The notes under the pieces were generated by a model. That model did no database searches. It saw only the letters and a program-made list of their open reading frames with translations, and had not been told where the DNA came from. Shown here piece after piece: positions 39,340 to 51,359 of a DNA stretch of 64,000 nucleotides (positions are counted from its first letter, which is position 1; each line of letters starts with the position of its first letter). The stretch lies in NCBI RefSeq assembly GCF_006345805.1, contig NC_042999.1:168764001-168828000 (forward strand), written 5' to 3'. The position numbers and the translations under genes are program-made. Source of the stretch: Octopus sinensis (taxonomy: Eukaryota).

Positions 39340-40100
39340 TATATATATACGTATGTATGTATGTATATAAATATATATATAATGTGTATACATATATATA
39401 TGTGTATATATATAAATCAGCAATATCTATAAAGCTGAAATGCGAAAAAGTTGTTTGATTTCTTGGTTGTTTCATTTTGGGATGGGAACGGTTTAAGGTG
39501 CGGTAGATGGGGTCGGATTGGCGCCAAAATTTACACTGGGCGTAAAATGCGGTTGGCAAGTCGCTTGGGGCTACCGTTTGGTTGCCATGGTGAGGAATAT
39601 GGGAAAAATTGAGTTTTATGGGATAGATAGTTTGCGCTGTTTGAATAATGGTGGCTTTTCTTGTTGCTTCAGGGGCTAGAGGCGGTTATCTTTAATTGTG
39701 GGTTTTAAAATTTGCGGATTTTGGAAAGAGGGGTAAAATTTTTCAACTTTTAAAACGAGTACATTTTTGCCCTATTTTTACATTTAATTTCTTTCTGTTT
39801 GCATTATTTGGTTGACATGGGTAAAAATGGCGTTGTGTTAAAGGCCAAAATTTTAGCTTTCATTTGCATCATGAACCGTTAAAATATACCAGAAAAAAGT
39901 ATCAAATTTCACAAAATTTTAAATTATTTTTGTGATTTTACGTGCACGCGTAAGAGAAAGCTAGGCAGAATCCGTAGGAAAGGAAGAGTGAGAGAGAGGA
40001 GAGAGAAACAAAGAGGGAGAATGTGGGGATAAGAAACAGAAAGGAAGCAACAGAAAGTAATAACCACTCCCTCACCCGCGCGTGGGTCACCTTAAGCTAG
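38704..40100 (+). mobile_element. Non-autonomous Helitron with triplicated 5' segment
   Basis: (TCAGCAAT)ATCTATAAAGCTGAAATGCGAAAAA at 38704, 38970 and 39417. 3' hairpin ACCCGCGCGTGGGT then CTAG|T at 40097-40101. Confidence 0.8.
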
Positions 40101-40946
40101 TTTTAATAAATTTAAGTTGAATAATTTTTACAAAAAGAAATTTATGATGATTTTAATAATAATAAAGATAACATGCTCATTGACTGTACATGTAGAGATA
40201 AAAATAATTTTAAATTTAATAATAAATGTAATTTATATAATGTTGCTTATAAATGTATCGTTTCTTTGATGAGAATAATAGAATAATAATAACTTAAACG
40301 CAATCTATATACGGTCTACTTCTTCTAAAATTATATTAAGAGTGGCTCAGCATATGCATTCCTTTAAGAATAGAAATCTAATGAATTCTACTGGGCTTAG
40401 TTAATATATATGGGAACTTAAATCTCAACTAATTAAGTATAATTTAAAGTGGGAGATAGTTTGTAAGGTGAAATCATATAGTATAGGTAGTGATTCCTGT
40501 TTATTATGTTCTAGTGAATTTAAAGAAATAATATTTAATAATCATAATAAATTAGTTAGTTCATTGGACGAGCGTAAAATTAAATGTAGACACTTTACTT
40601 ATTTTATGAATTTTTAGATAAATAGCGAGTATATTTAAACCCTATTTTTGTTAGTAATTTGTAGTTATAATTTGTACTAGTATTAATCAGCATGTGATTA
40701 TATATTGTATATTACATAATTAAATAAGTCTAAATTAAATATTTATTATTAAATAAATGAATAAATAAATTAATTAATTATAGTATTGTTGTGGTTGTAG
40801 TTTTGTAGGGTGTTTTGAATATAAGAAAAAAGAGTTAGTAAAGGTTTAAATTTTGATGTTTATTTAATTATTAAATATATAATTTATTTAATGAATATAA
40901 ATTAAAAGATAATAATTTCATTATTTTGTTGTTATTCTTGTTGATA

Positions 40947-41027
<81 letters not shown>

Positions 41028-41032
<5 letters not shown>

Positions 41033-44000
41033 TAGTTTTATTTTTATAGCGTGCTTTCACTTCACTACCGAGCACAGCTCTGTGTGCCTTGGGTATGTGC
41101 TGTGATTTGTTGTGATGCTCTGATGGTTATTGTATGGAAAGTGTTCTGCGTAGGATGTGTGCAGTGCCTAGTAGTGCAATTTTCTGTATGTTATATGTGT
41201 TTGTAAGTCCTTGGTGTTTTTGTTATGTATTTGTCTGAATATTTTTTTATCATGCCTAATGCACCTACTATGATAGGAATTGTTTCTGTTTTCAGATTCC
41301 ACATTCTAGTTACCTCTATTTCCAGGTCTTTGTATTTGAGAGTTTCTCCATTTCTTTTAGAGACACGTTGTCATCAGCCGGTATTGATACATCAATTAGA
41401 AAGCATTTTTTTCTTCATGATCTCTGACAACTATATCTTGTCTGTTGGCCTTATTTCTCTATCTGTGTGTATCGGCATATCCCAGAGTATGGTTTTTCTC
41501 GTTTTCTGTGACCTTTTCTGGTGTGTGCCTATACCATCTTTTTTCTGTTGTTATTCCATAATGTTGGCATAGCTTCCATGTATGTAGGTTCCAACTCTGT
41601 CATGTCTGTGAATATATTCCTTCTTAGCCAAGACTGGGCAGCTAGAGATAATATGATTTATTGTTTCTTGTCCATCTCCACATATTCTGCAGTTACTTGT
41701 AATATTTCTTTTCATTACATGTTTTTGGTAATTTCTGGTGGGGAGGCTTTGGTCTTGTGCTGCAATTAAAAATCCCTCTGTTTCTGCTTTGAGTCCTGAG
41801 CTTCTCAACCATTGCTGGGATTTTTCTTTGTCTATTTCTTTTGCGTTTAGTTTAGTCCAGTATTTACCATGAAGGGGCTTTTCTTGCCATCGTTTTATCA
41901 TGGTTCGTTGCTGTTCTATTTTTAGTTTGGATTTCATTTGTTTTATAGCTTTTGTTGTTTCTTCTTCTTCATCTTCTTCTTCTTCTTCATGTTTATTAGG
42001 TGGTATTTTCTTGTTTGTATTTGTCAGCTTCCTTAAATACTGAGAACAGTTTTTTGTTTTGCTCGTGTTTTGCCGCTATCTGGATCAGTTTTCCTTCCTT
42101 CTGAAGTAGATATTTTTGCAGTCCTATGGTGGTTATTTTATAGTAGTTTTCCAGCTGTATAAGGACTCTACCACCTTCTATACGTTGTACATATAGTCTT
42201 TCTATGTCAGATTTTGGTGATGCATCCTAAATCCTGTCATTATTTTTCTTGTTTTCCTATCTATTTTGGTCAGTTCATTTCGTGTCCAGTTAAGGATATT
42301 GTAGCTGTAACTTATAACTGGGACAGCTAAAGTGTTGATACCTATTATCTTGTTTTTAGCATTGAGCTCTGTGTTTAGTATTGATCTAACTCGTCTATAA
42401 TATTCTTTTTTTATTTTCTCTTTCATTTGTGTGTGTTGTGTCTTATCTAGTTCATGGATTCCTAAGTATTTGTAAGTTTGGCTTTGGTCTAATTCTTTTA
42501 TTTCATTGGTTTTATCTAGTGTGATGTTGTTACTCTTAACTAGTTTTCCTCTTTTCATGGTTACTTTGGCGCATTTTTCTAATCCAAATTTCATATCTAT
42601 TTCTTTGGTAAATCCATGAACTGTCTTTAATAGTGTTTCCAGCTGTTTGTCATTTGCAGCGTATAGTTTTAGGTCATCCTATATAAAAGGTGGCTGATCG
42701 TTTTGCCGTAACATTTATATCCGCATCCAGTTCTATTAGCATATCAGATAGAGGTGACAGTGCCAAGCAGAAAAGGAGTGGAGAGAGCGTGTCTCCCGGA
42801 ATATTCCTCTTCTAATGGGGATGTCTTTGGTTTTCATGAGTCCCTCTTTTGTTTGGAGTGTAGGACTGTTTGCCATTTATTCATAGAGTGCTTTATGAAT
42901 TTTATGATTGTTGGTGCTACTTTGTTAATGGCTAGTGTTTCGAGGATCCATGTGTGGGGGATGCTATCAAACGCCTTTTTGTAGTCAATCCAGGCCATAC
43001 TGAGGCCTTTCTTCTTTCTGTGGCTGTCTTCAGTTATGGCTTTATTAATCATTAGTTGATCTTTACAGCCATATGAGCCTTTGCGGCATCCTTTCTGCTC
43101 TTCTGGGAACAGTTTGTTTTCGTCCAGGTGCTTGTTCAACCTTTGCGATATCACTGCAGTAAATGCCTTGAACATAGTAGGGAGGCAGGTTATTGGTCTG
43201 TAGTTTTCTGGTTTTTCTGTTTCATTTGATTTGGGAATTAGATGGTTTTCCCCTTCGTGAGCCATTCAGGCATTGTCTCTGGCTCTGCTAGTACGTTGTT
43301 AAAGTTTTCAGCCAGCTTTTTGTGCATTCCTGTTAGATATTTCAACCAGAAGTTGGGGATCTTGTCATGCCCAGGTGCCTTCCAGTTGCTTAGTCTTTGC
43401 AGTGCTGGGTGACCTCTTCAGTTGTTATGGGGGTCCAAAGTTGTTCAGATGCCGAGTTTGTATTCTGATACTCCTTTTTTTTGGTGCTTCGTTCGCCGAC
43501 CATATTTCTCCCCAGAATTCTTCCAATTCTTTTGCCGTTGGTGCTGCAGTGACTTCTATTTTATTTTTTCCCAGTTCTTGGTAGAACTTTTTGGGGTTGG
43601 AGTTGAACTTTTTGTTTTCTTCAAAGAAGCGTTGGCGGTTCTTGTACCGGCGGATCCTTTGTGCTTTGGCAAGGATATCTTGCTTCAGCTTTTCTTTATT
43701 TCAGGCAGATCTTTCTCTGTGATGTTATATTTGCGGGTATTTTGTTTCTCTTTTTGTTGCTCATAGCGTTGATTGTTTGCTGATTTCATTTCATTAGAAT
43801 CGACAGGTCTTTTCTAATTTTTTTTATTTTGCTTTGGAGTTATTTATCCACAGGGTTTGTTTGGGTGGTGGTACTCCTGTTTGGGCGGGTTGGGTGAGTA
43901 TCCAGCTTCTTTTGTGGGCTGCAGTGGCTGCTGCGTATATTAAGGTTATTTAGCTCAGTGATATCACTTTTTTTTTATTTAGTGGCTATCAGTTCAGTGA

Positions 44001-44340
44001 CGGCTAGGTTTATACTGTTTATAATAGGTGTTGTTATTCGTTTATTTTGATTCTTGGGAGGTATGGTCGGTGGTCCATTTTGAGCTCTGTGTTTTCAGTT
44101 TCTTTGATTATTTTATTTTTTATATTATCATAATCATTAGGCTCCCCTTCGTTGTTTATATCGTGTTTGTTGGGAATGTTGCGTTGTCTCCGTGTTTTAC
44201 AGTTTCAGTGTTTATATTGGGGCATTGTTGTGTGGCTTCTATCTACATTTTCCTGGTGTATGTTTTCTTTTAGGTGTTCTATTTCTATTTCTGATATTTT
44301 TTTTGTGTTGAGAATGTATCTTCGTACGTACGTTAGCTAA
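41028..44340 (-). mobile_element. Nearly complete R4/Dong-clade non-LTR retrotransposon inserted in (TAA)n
   Basis: NYRPITCLPTMFK, EEQKGCRKGSYGCKDQLMI, WIDYKKAFDSIPH, DDLKLY, YKYLG, CRICGDGQETINHIISSC..YIHRHD zinc knuckle, and RLE remnants. (TTA)n on both flanks, the known Dong-type target. Frameshifted. Confidence 0.93.
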
Positions 44341-45359
44341 TTATTATTATTATTTAGTATTATTATTATTATTATTATTTTATTATTATTATTATTATTA
44401 TTATGATATTATTATTATTATTATTGTATGTGTACTAAATTTTAAAGTATTAAGTATTATTTTGGGGGGAAATAGTTTTAGTAACGTTAAATAATTTTGA
44501 ATATGTAGTAAAAATTTTACTTTTATGTACTATTTATTTATAATAATTATATGTATTTTATTTATTCTCTTAATGATCGAAGTATTTGATCTAAACATAA
44601 ATTAATTTACTTATATAAGAAGTTTAATTTATTATTTATGATTATATAATATATGTTTGTTATAAGTGACAGTATAGTTTATGGTTTGTGATGTTTTATA
44701 TATTAGCCAACATGACTATATTATATATTTCGAATTAGATATATTTTTAAAGTTTATTTAATCAATTAATATAATTTATTAATGAATATTAATTACATTA
44801 TAGTTTTTAGAATAACTTAAGTATATTAAATTAGTGGTTATAAAATTGATACTGATTGAATTAGTACTGAGTTTATATAGAATGGGTCAAAAGTTTGAGT
44901 TGTTCGAATAAAGGTTGGGCTCCAGCGTAACCATATTTATATGAATGAAACAAATAAATTTGTATAAGAGTATTAGAGAATATGTAGTAAATTGTAGTTA
45001 TATAAATTAATATAACTATATGGTAATTTGAGTATATTTATATTTTATCGTAGTTAATTCTAAATTTAGGTTTCTAGTGCATGATATCCTACTGTTTAGT
45101 GATTTCCTTCTCTCTTAGAGATTTTATTCTCTTTTTTTTTTTTGTTAAATCTAAAATGTATTTGTAGTTTTCATTCATAAAATGTATATCTTCATCTACT
45201 TGTTCTATTTCTTTCAGCCACATATTCACGAGTAAATTTATAAACGCTAAGTAATACGTTTTTCGTTTTGAATTTTTTAGTTCATAATACACCTTTTGGA
45301 GAGATAAGTAGACATTTTTATTTAATAAATATTAATGTACTCCATATAAGTATTGATTG

Positions 45360-46606
45360 TTAAATATGAATTTCTAATTTTTTTTTTGTTAATGATAATT
45401 TAGTTACGTACATTGTTTAATTCTATTTGCTTATTTATTTAACTATAATTGTTAACCTGAAGAGTGACTATAATTTTAAATTTAATTGTTATTCTAATTT
45501 AAATTATAGCCATGAAACGTACATAGTTTTTTTACTTATTACATATTGTTTATTCATTTTTGTACTTTATGTGATCGTGTTATGTGTTTTAAAAATAAAT
45601 TTTATTTTTTATTTATGATTTGGTTTATCTATATCATTGTTTGAATTGCATAATAGTGGTTTTTCTCTAATCTATATATTATATATTTATATTGTGAAAT
45701 TTGATTTAATACTATATTGAATTTTTCCATGTAAGTTTCGAGTTATACTCCCTAATATTATTATCATATACATATACATATATATATACACACACACACA
45801 TACATATACACTCACACATACGCATACATATTTATATATACACCTTTGGCTGTATGTGTATGTATATGTGAATGTGCGTGCGCTCGCGTATGCTTGTTTA
45901 CATTTTTAGATCAATAAAATCACTAAAAGGAAATTAAGGCTTGCATCTGAAAGGACAATAATGGGAAAACGGTTTCAAGCTCTTTGTACCCATCCTCAAT
46001 GATGGATACTCGTGCTCTACAGTTAGCAGTCGTTCACTCCAGCTCGCAATATATCGAAAATAAGTGACACCCAGTCACTGATGTTACAACAAGCAAATTA
46101 GCTAGTTAGAAAATCTCTATAAGAGATGAAAACTGTAACTATAGTGGAAAGTAATAGTTATCGCCACTTAAATATGGCTGGTTCATAGGACCCGACATTA
46201 CTACCACTATAACCTCAGAAGGATGCCTCCTCCAGCTGGTTGCTCGGTGCAATCTGCATCCGATATATATATTGCAAGCAGGTCTGGTGGTCTCATGGCT
46301 CGAAGATAATAGGGGTTCATTCTCCTGCTTGCAATACATCGAATAACCAGCTGAAAGAGGAGTCTTCCTTGGGTTAAAATGATAGTAACGTTGGTTCCTA
46401 CGGAACAGCCATATTTAGATGGCGATAACCTATACTTTCCCAGTCGTGGTTGGTTGTAGGGAGTTCCCTGCTCAGTGGGCATGGAGGATGCTTACAGCCA
46501 TTGGAATGAGATGGGAGAGGCAGCTGAAAGAGCTCCTTGTTGGCTTTGGGGCAAGAGAAAGGGTTTAAGCCGGAAGCCAGTAGGAGACGAGGAGTAGGGA
46601 TTTGAC
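45360..46606 (+). repeat. Right arm of the ~1.2-kb inverted repeat
   Basis: Reverse complement of 34824-36070. Ends where the next Penelope element begins. Confidence 0.93.
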
Positions 46607-48790
46607 AACTGTGTCGATGATAGTGTTGGTGGTGGGAAGCGGTCGGTGCTGGTGTGTGCGGATTAGTATGGGGGTGGTGTGATGTGCTGTGGTGGTGTTG
46701 GTGTGTGGGGATGTATGACTAGGGTGGGGGTTTGGGGTGAGGATGTGGGGTAGGTATGTGTGTTTGAGGTGCAGATATGGGGGTGTGGATGTGGGGTATG
46801 TGGGTGTAGGATGGAAGGGTATCAATGAAGGGAGTTGATGGGTAGGAGTGAAGAGATGAAGTAGGTGTCAGGGCAAGGGAGGAGAGGAGAGGTGAGTAGG
46901 AGTGAAGAGAGGAAGTAGGTGTTAGATGAAGAGAGGAGAGGAGGGGAATCAGATGAAGAGGGGAGTTGAGCCCATGTGGCGTAAAGGAGCGAAGAGAGAG
47001 GATTAATCCCTGTTCACGTCGAAGGCAGGAATCTGGATGACCCCTGTGCAAAGACAATCCGAACACAGACAGATTTTGTAATGAATGACCGATCGAGAGA
47101 AAATTGCGCAAGACCGGGGTGTCTTTGCCGAGTCTAATGTCTTGCAGGTGCTCTGCGAACCGGTCAGCCAAGCGGTGTCCTGTTTGACCGATGTACAAAG
47201 AAAGATAGAAAGAGCAGGAAATGCAGTAAATGATGTTGCTAGAAGTGCAGGTAAAGGAGTCAGGGATATGGTAGGGACGATGGTGAGTGTCTGTGAGGAT
47301 GGTGGTGTTGGAGAGGTAAATGCAAGTGCGGCAGCGTGGGTGGGAGCAGGGAAACAAGCCAAGTTGGGAGGTGGGGTTAGGGAAAATCTGTAGACCAGGT
47401 CACGTATTTTGTGGGCTCGTTTGAAGGAAGGGGTAGGCTGGGGAAGAGGTGCGAAGTGGAGCGTCGGACAGGAGTCGCCGGAAGGCTCGGAGAATGGTGC
47501 GTTGGAGGGGCAGGATAGAGGGATGGTAGGTGAGGGGAAACGGAAGACAGGCAACGTCGGGGCGGGTGCGAGGAGAGTGAGCAGAGACACGGTTCACGGA
47601 AGTTCTCTGGCAAGAGCGGTGTCGATAGTGGTGAGGGTATATCCACGAAGGATGAAGTTGTGAGCCATGAGTTGAGACTGAGTCTCAAAGTCATGGTTGC
47701 CACTGCAGAGCCTGCGCAGACGGAGGAATTGGGTGTAGGGTATGGAGAGCTTGGTGTGGGTAGGGTGGGATGAGGAGAAGTTGAGGTATAAGTGTGAGTC
47801 GGTGTGTTTGTAGTAGATGGAGGTAGTGAGAGCAGAGTTGTGTATGTTGACCGAAATGTTGAGAAAGGCGATGGAAGTGTTGGAAATGGTGCAGGAGAAT
47901 TCAAGTGCAGGATGAAAGGATTAGACAAAAGAGAGGAAGGAGTCTAGTAGTTCGCGGGAGAGCGAGGTTGTACCGATACAGTCATCAATATAACGACCGT
48001 ATAGTTCAGGAATGGGAGCAGTGAATCTTGAAAATATTTGGGCCTCAACGTAGCCAACGAACGGGTTCGCATAATTGGGTCCTATTCTCGTTCCCATGGT
48101 CACTCGCGAGACCTGTTGGTAAAACACCCCTGCGAACGAGAAGCAGTTGTGGGAGAGAACTAGTTTGGTCAGACGAAGAAGTGTGGACGTGTCAGGTTGG
48201 GGGTTGGATCGAAGGTCTAGGAAGTGTTTGAGGGCAAGAAGTCCTTCGTTGTGTGGGATCACCGTATATCAAGAGTTGAAAAGACGAAGAGCATGGTTAG
48301 TGTCGTGGATGTTAGTGTCGTGGAGAGCGTCAGCCTTGTAGAGGTCTGCGCTCCACACCACCACGGCTCCACCCTTGTTGGCCGGTTTTATGATAATGTT
48401 TATGCGCGTCGGAGACATCGAAGGGCCGAGAGTTCGGCTGGGCAGATGTTCAAACGTTTGGGATGCCTGCTAAAGTTAAACCGGTCCACAACACGTTGAC
48501 AGATGCCCGCAAAATGATCGACTGCTTGCAACTGGCCAGGAGCTGGCGTCCAGTGGGATGGTTGGTGGCCCAGGTCAGTGAAGCAGTTCTCTTCGTTAGA
48601 CACAGTGCACAAAGCTATGAATATCAACATGGGTCTGAAATTCGTTACTGGATGGAGTGAGGGGTGGAAGCGCAGAACCCTGCTGAGTAGAGGGCGCTCC
48701 GCCACAGAGAGGAGAAGATCAGGAGGAATGGTAACAACAAACTGAAGTGGGGAGGTGGTGAATGGGTTAGATGTAGTGGTGGGGTAGTGG
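46607..48790 (-). mobile_element. Neptune-like Penelope element, internally deleted
   Basis: IPHNEGLLAL..TMGTRIGPNYANPFVG..YGRYIDD; FPCSHPRCRTC..FTCTSSNIIYCISC..LYIGQTGHRLADRFAEH. Related to 22026-23290. Confidence 0.92.
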
Positions 48791-48801
48791 AGCTTGAGAG
48801 C

Positions 48802-49086
48802 TTTTGAAGTGATGTACAGATATTGTATATATAGAGTAATAAGGTAGTCAGAATATTGGATGATTATATATATTTTTTATTTACATTTTATTTACATTTT
48901 TAGCGCTTTCTTCTGTTAGGTATAAAAACGCCAAGAAATCTAACTTAAACCAATTTTTGATAAATCCGATAACGGAAGAAAGCGCTAAAAGTGTAAATAA
49001 AATGTAAATAAAAAATATATATAATCATCCAATATTCTGACTTCCTTATTATTCTAAATTTGCAATATCTGTACATCACTTCAAAA
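48802..49086. repeat. Foldback with ~115-bp arms containing a degenerate hammerhead (48954-48990, +)
   Basis: TTTTGAAGTGATGTACAGATATTG.. / ..CAATATCTGTACATCACTTCAAAA. Motif TTT-TTGATAA-ATCCG ATAA CGGAA-GAAA-GCGC-TA-AAA. Confidence 0.85.
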
Positions 49087-49539
49087 CCCCCCTCTCTCTC
49101 TCTGTCAGCAGCCGTTGCGGCAAGACACAAATTTTTTTCTCTCTCTAGCCCTAAGGCTTTTTTCTAACGCCAGCTCAAAAATTTACTCGTCCTGTCGAAA
49201 AGACGCTTGTTTGTGATGTCCTGTTTTTGTTGTTATTATTATTATTATCATTATTGTTTTTACGTATTTTTGTATTCTTATTCGTGTAGCATCGTCCGGT
49301 TTTCCGTCCTTGTTTTGTATACATTCGAGGCTTTCTTCCAAGGAATCTAATGCGCTTGGCTTAGATTTTCCTTTCGGGCTGGCCAGGTCGGAGAAATCTC
49401 AAGATTAATCAGCCGAAATTGCGAAGATGATCCGGTTCTTGACTGAAGATTGAAGGCTTCGAATGTCCCGTCCGTGTTTTTTGTATCGTCTCCTAAATGT
49501 TTTGCGTTCCTGTCCCAGTTTGTATTTTTTTACATATAC

Positions 49540-49555
<16 letters not shown>

Positions 49556-49575
<20 letters not shown>

Positions 49576-49738
49576 GAGAGAGAGGGAGAGAGGGAGAGAG
49601 AGAGGGTGAGAGGAGAGAGAGAGAGGGAGAGAGAGGGAGAGAGGGAGAGAGGGAGAGAGAGGGAGAGAGGGGAGAGGGAGAGAGAGAGGGAGAGAGGGAG
49701 AGAGAGAGAGGAGAGAGAGAGAGAGAGGGAGAGAGAGA
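49556..49738. repeat. (GA)n/(GAGAGG)n polypurine tract
   Basis: Direct reading of the sequence. Confidence 0.95.
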
Positions 49739-49970
49739 TATGTTTGTTTAGAAGTATATATATGCATGTTATATAAGTATGTATATGTGTGTATGTATGT
49801 ATCTATATGTCTATATGTCTCCATATCTATCTATACGTATATTATCAATAATAATAATAATAATAATATAATAATAATAATAAAGGGTAAAATTAATTAA
49901 TCAATTAATAATTAATAATTTTACCAAGTAGTTCGGTATGTTAGAAGAAACATTATCGGTAAACTTAAAC

Positions 49971-50373
49971 AAAAATTCTATAATTATGAGCAGAAATATA
50001 ATTAGGGTTCAGCAAAATTTGCTTCACCACATACCAAAATTTAGAAATAGCAGTTAAAATACAATTCTACTACCATAAGATATCTCCCAGATAGCAATAC
50101 TCTACAACTTACGCTGGTAAAGAGAAATATGTGTAGAAATATCATTTTACATCTTTTTACACCTCTTTAACCCCGAAACACGTATACAGTAAATCAAAGC
50201 CGGATGGATTCGTTATTTTTTTCTCTTTACCAGCGTAAGTTGTAGAGTATTGCTGTCTGAGAGATATCTTAAGGCAGTAGAATAGTATTTTAATTACTAT
50301 TTCTAAATTTCGGTATTTGGTGAAGCAAATGTTGCTGAATCCTAATTATAATTATGCTAATTATAGAATTTTT
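49971..50373. repeat. Foldback with ~155-bp arms (pLTR-like)
   Basis: 49971-50127 is inverted at 50220-50373. The spacer has a GAAAC..GTA half motif near 50175. Confidence 0.85.
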
Positions 50374-50452
50374 GTATATAGATATATATGTATATAGAAA
50401 CATATTTATATGTATATAAACTCATTGTTGGCCTATAATTTATGTATATATG

Positions 50453-50485
<33 letters not shown>

Positions 50486-50643
50486 TATATACATATATAT
50501 AAATGTATCTATCTATATATGTATGCACAAAAATACATATAGATATATAGTCTTCTACCATATCGTAGTGCTGAACAAAGCCTTGTGAGTAGATTTGGTA
50601 GATGGAAACTGAAAGAAGACCTCCATATGTGTATATAATATAT

Positions 50644-50690
<47 letters not shown>

Positions 50691-50732
50691 TGTATATATA
50701 TATATATGTGTGTGTGTGTATATATATATATC

Positions 50733-51345
50733 ATAGGGAGTATATCCAAACTTACAGGGAAAAATTAGATTTAGGATTAAATCAAATTTAACAGTATAAA
50801 TATAAATTAAATTAGAGATAAAACCACTATTAGGCAACTCAAACAGTGATAGACATAAACCAAAACATAAGAAACAAAAAATAGATATAATTAATATAAT
50901 ATATGATATATATATAAAATATAAAATTTAAAATTTAAATTATTAAACTTTGAAATTTTAAATTTATATTTATAATTTTTTATATTTTTAAATTTTTAAA
51001 TTTTTAAATTTTTAGATCTTTAAACTTTTTTATCTAACCAAAAAGTATAAAAATGTTAAATATAATATAATATAATAAGTAAAAACACTACGTACGTTTC
51101 ATGGCTATAAATCAATTCGAATTACAATTAAGTTTAAATTCAATCAAAAATTCGAATTAAAATTATAGTAATCTTCAGGTTAATGATAATAGTTAAATAG
51201 ATAAGCAAATAGATTTAAACAATATTTTTAAATAAATAAATAAAATAATAATTTTTCTTATAAAAAACTCTATTATCAAATTAGAAACTTAAAACATTAG
51301 GATTATGTCATACAACCCATTTATTATGTTAAATATTAATTTAAC
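50733..51345 (-). mobile_element. Solo pLTR of the Naiad-like family with hammerhead (51084-51183)
   Basis: Homologous to 35675-36140. The minus strand reads AAC-CTGAAGA-TTACTATAA...TTATAGCCAT-GAAA-CGTACG-TA-GT, with palindromic stem III ACGTACGT. Confidence 0.8.
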
Positions 51346-51359
51346 TTACGTAAATATTA

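Larger units (their letters stand above)
36200..45770 (+). mobile_element. Naiad-like Penelope element (RT plus GIY-YIG) with nested Helitron and R4/Dong insertions; pLTR at ~45360-45770
   Basis: VRLICP..LGKLSK, FIQIDIDNYYSSI, FDIPMGAPDSAQATDLVGIYLL, GGLYKDD, YLDVNFNL, NHPPSIKK. After the Helitron: CTCRDK..KCNLYNVAYKC, YIRST, HMHSFKN..STGLS*YIWELK, CLLCSSE (40180-40600). (AAT)n-expanded linker. Hammerhead CTGAAGA 45457...GAAA 45514. Confidence 0.85.

Noticed and set aside
49436-49475. TTGACTGAAGATTGAAGGCTTCGAATGTC as a hammerhead
   Set aside because: GAAA is absent and stems I and III do not pair. The surrounding 49090-49530 segment is left unclassified.
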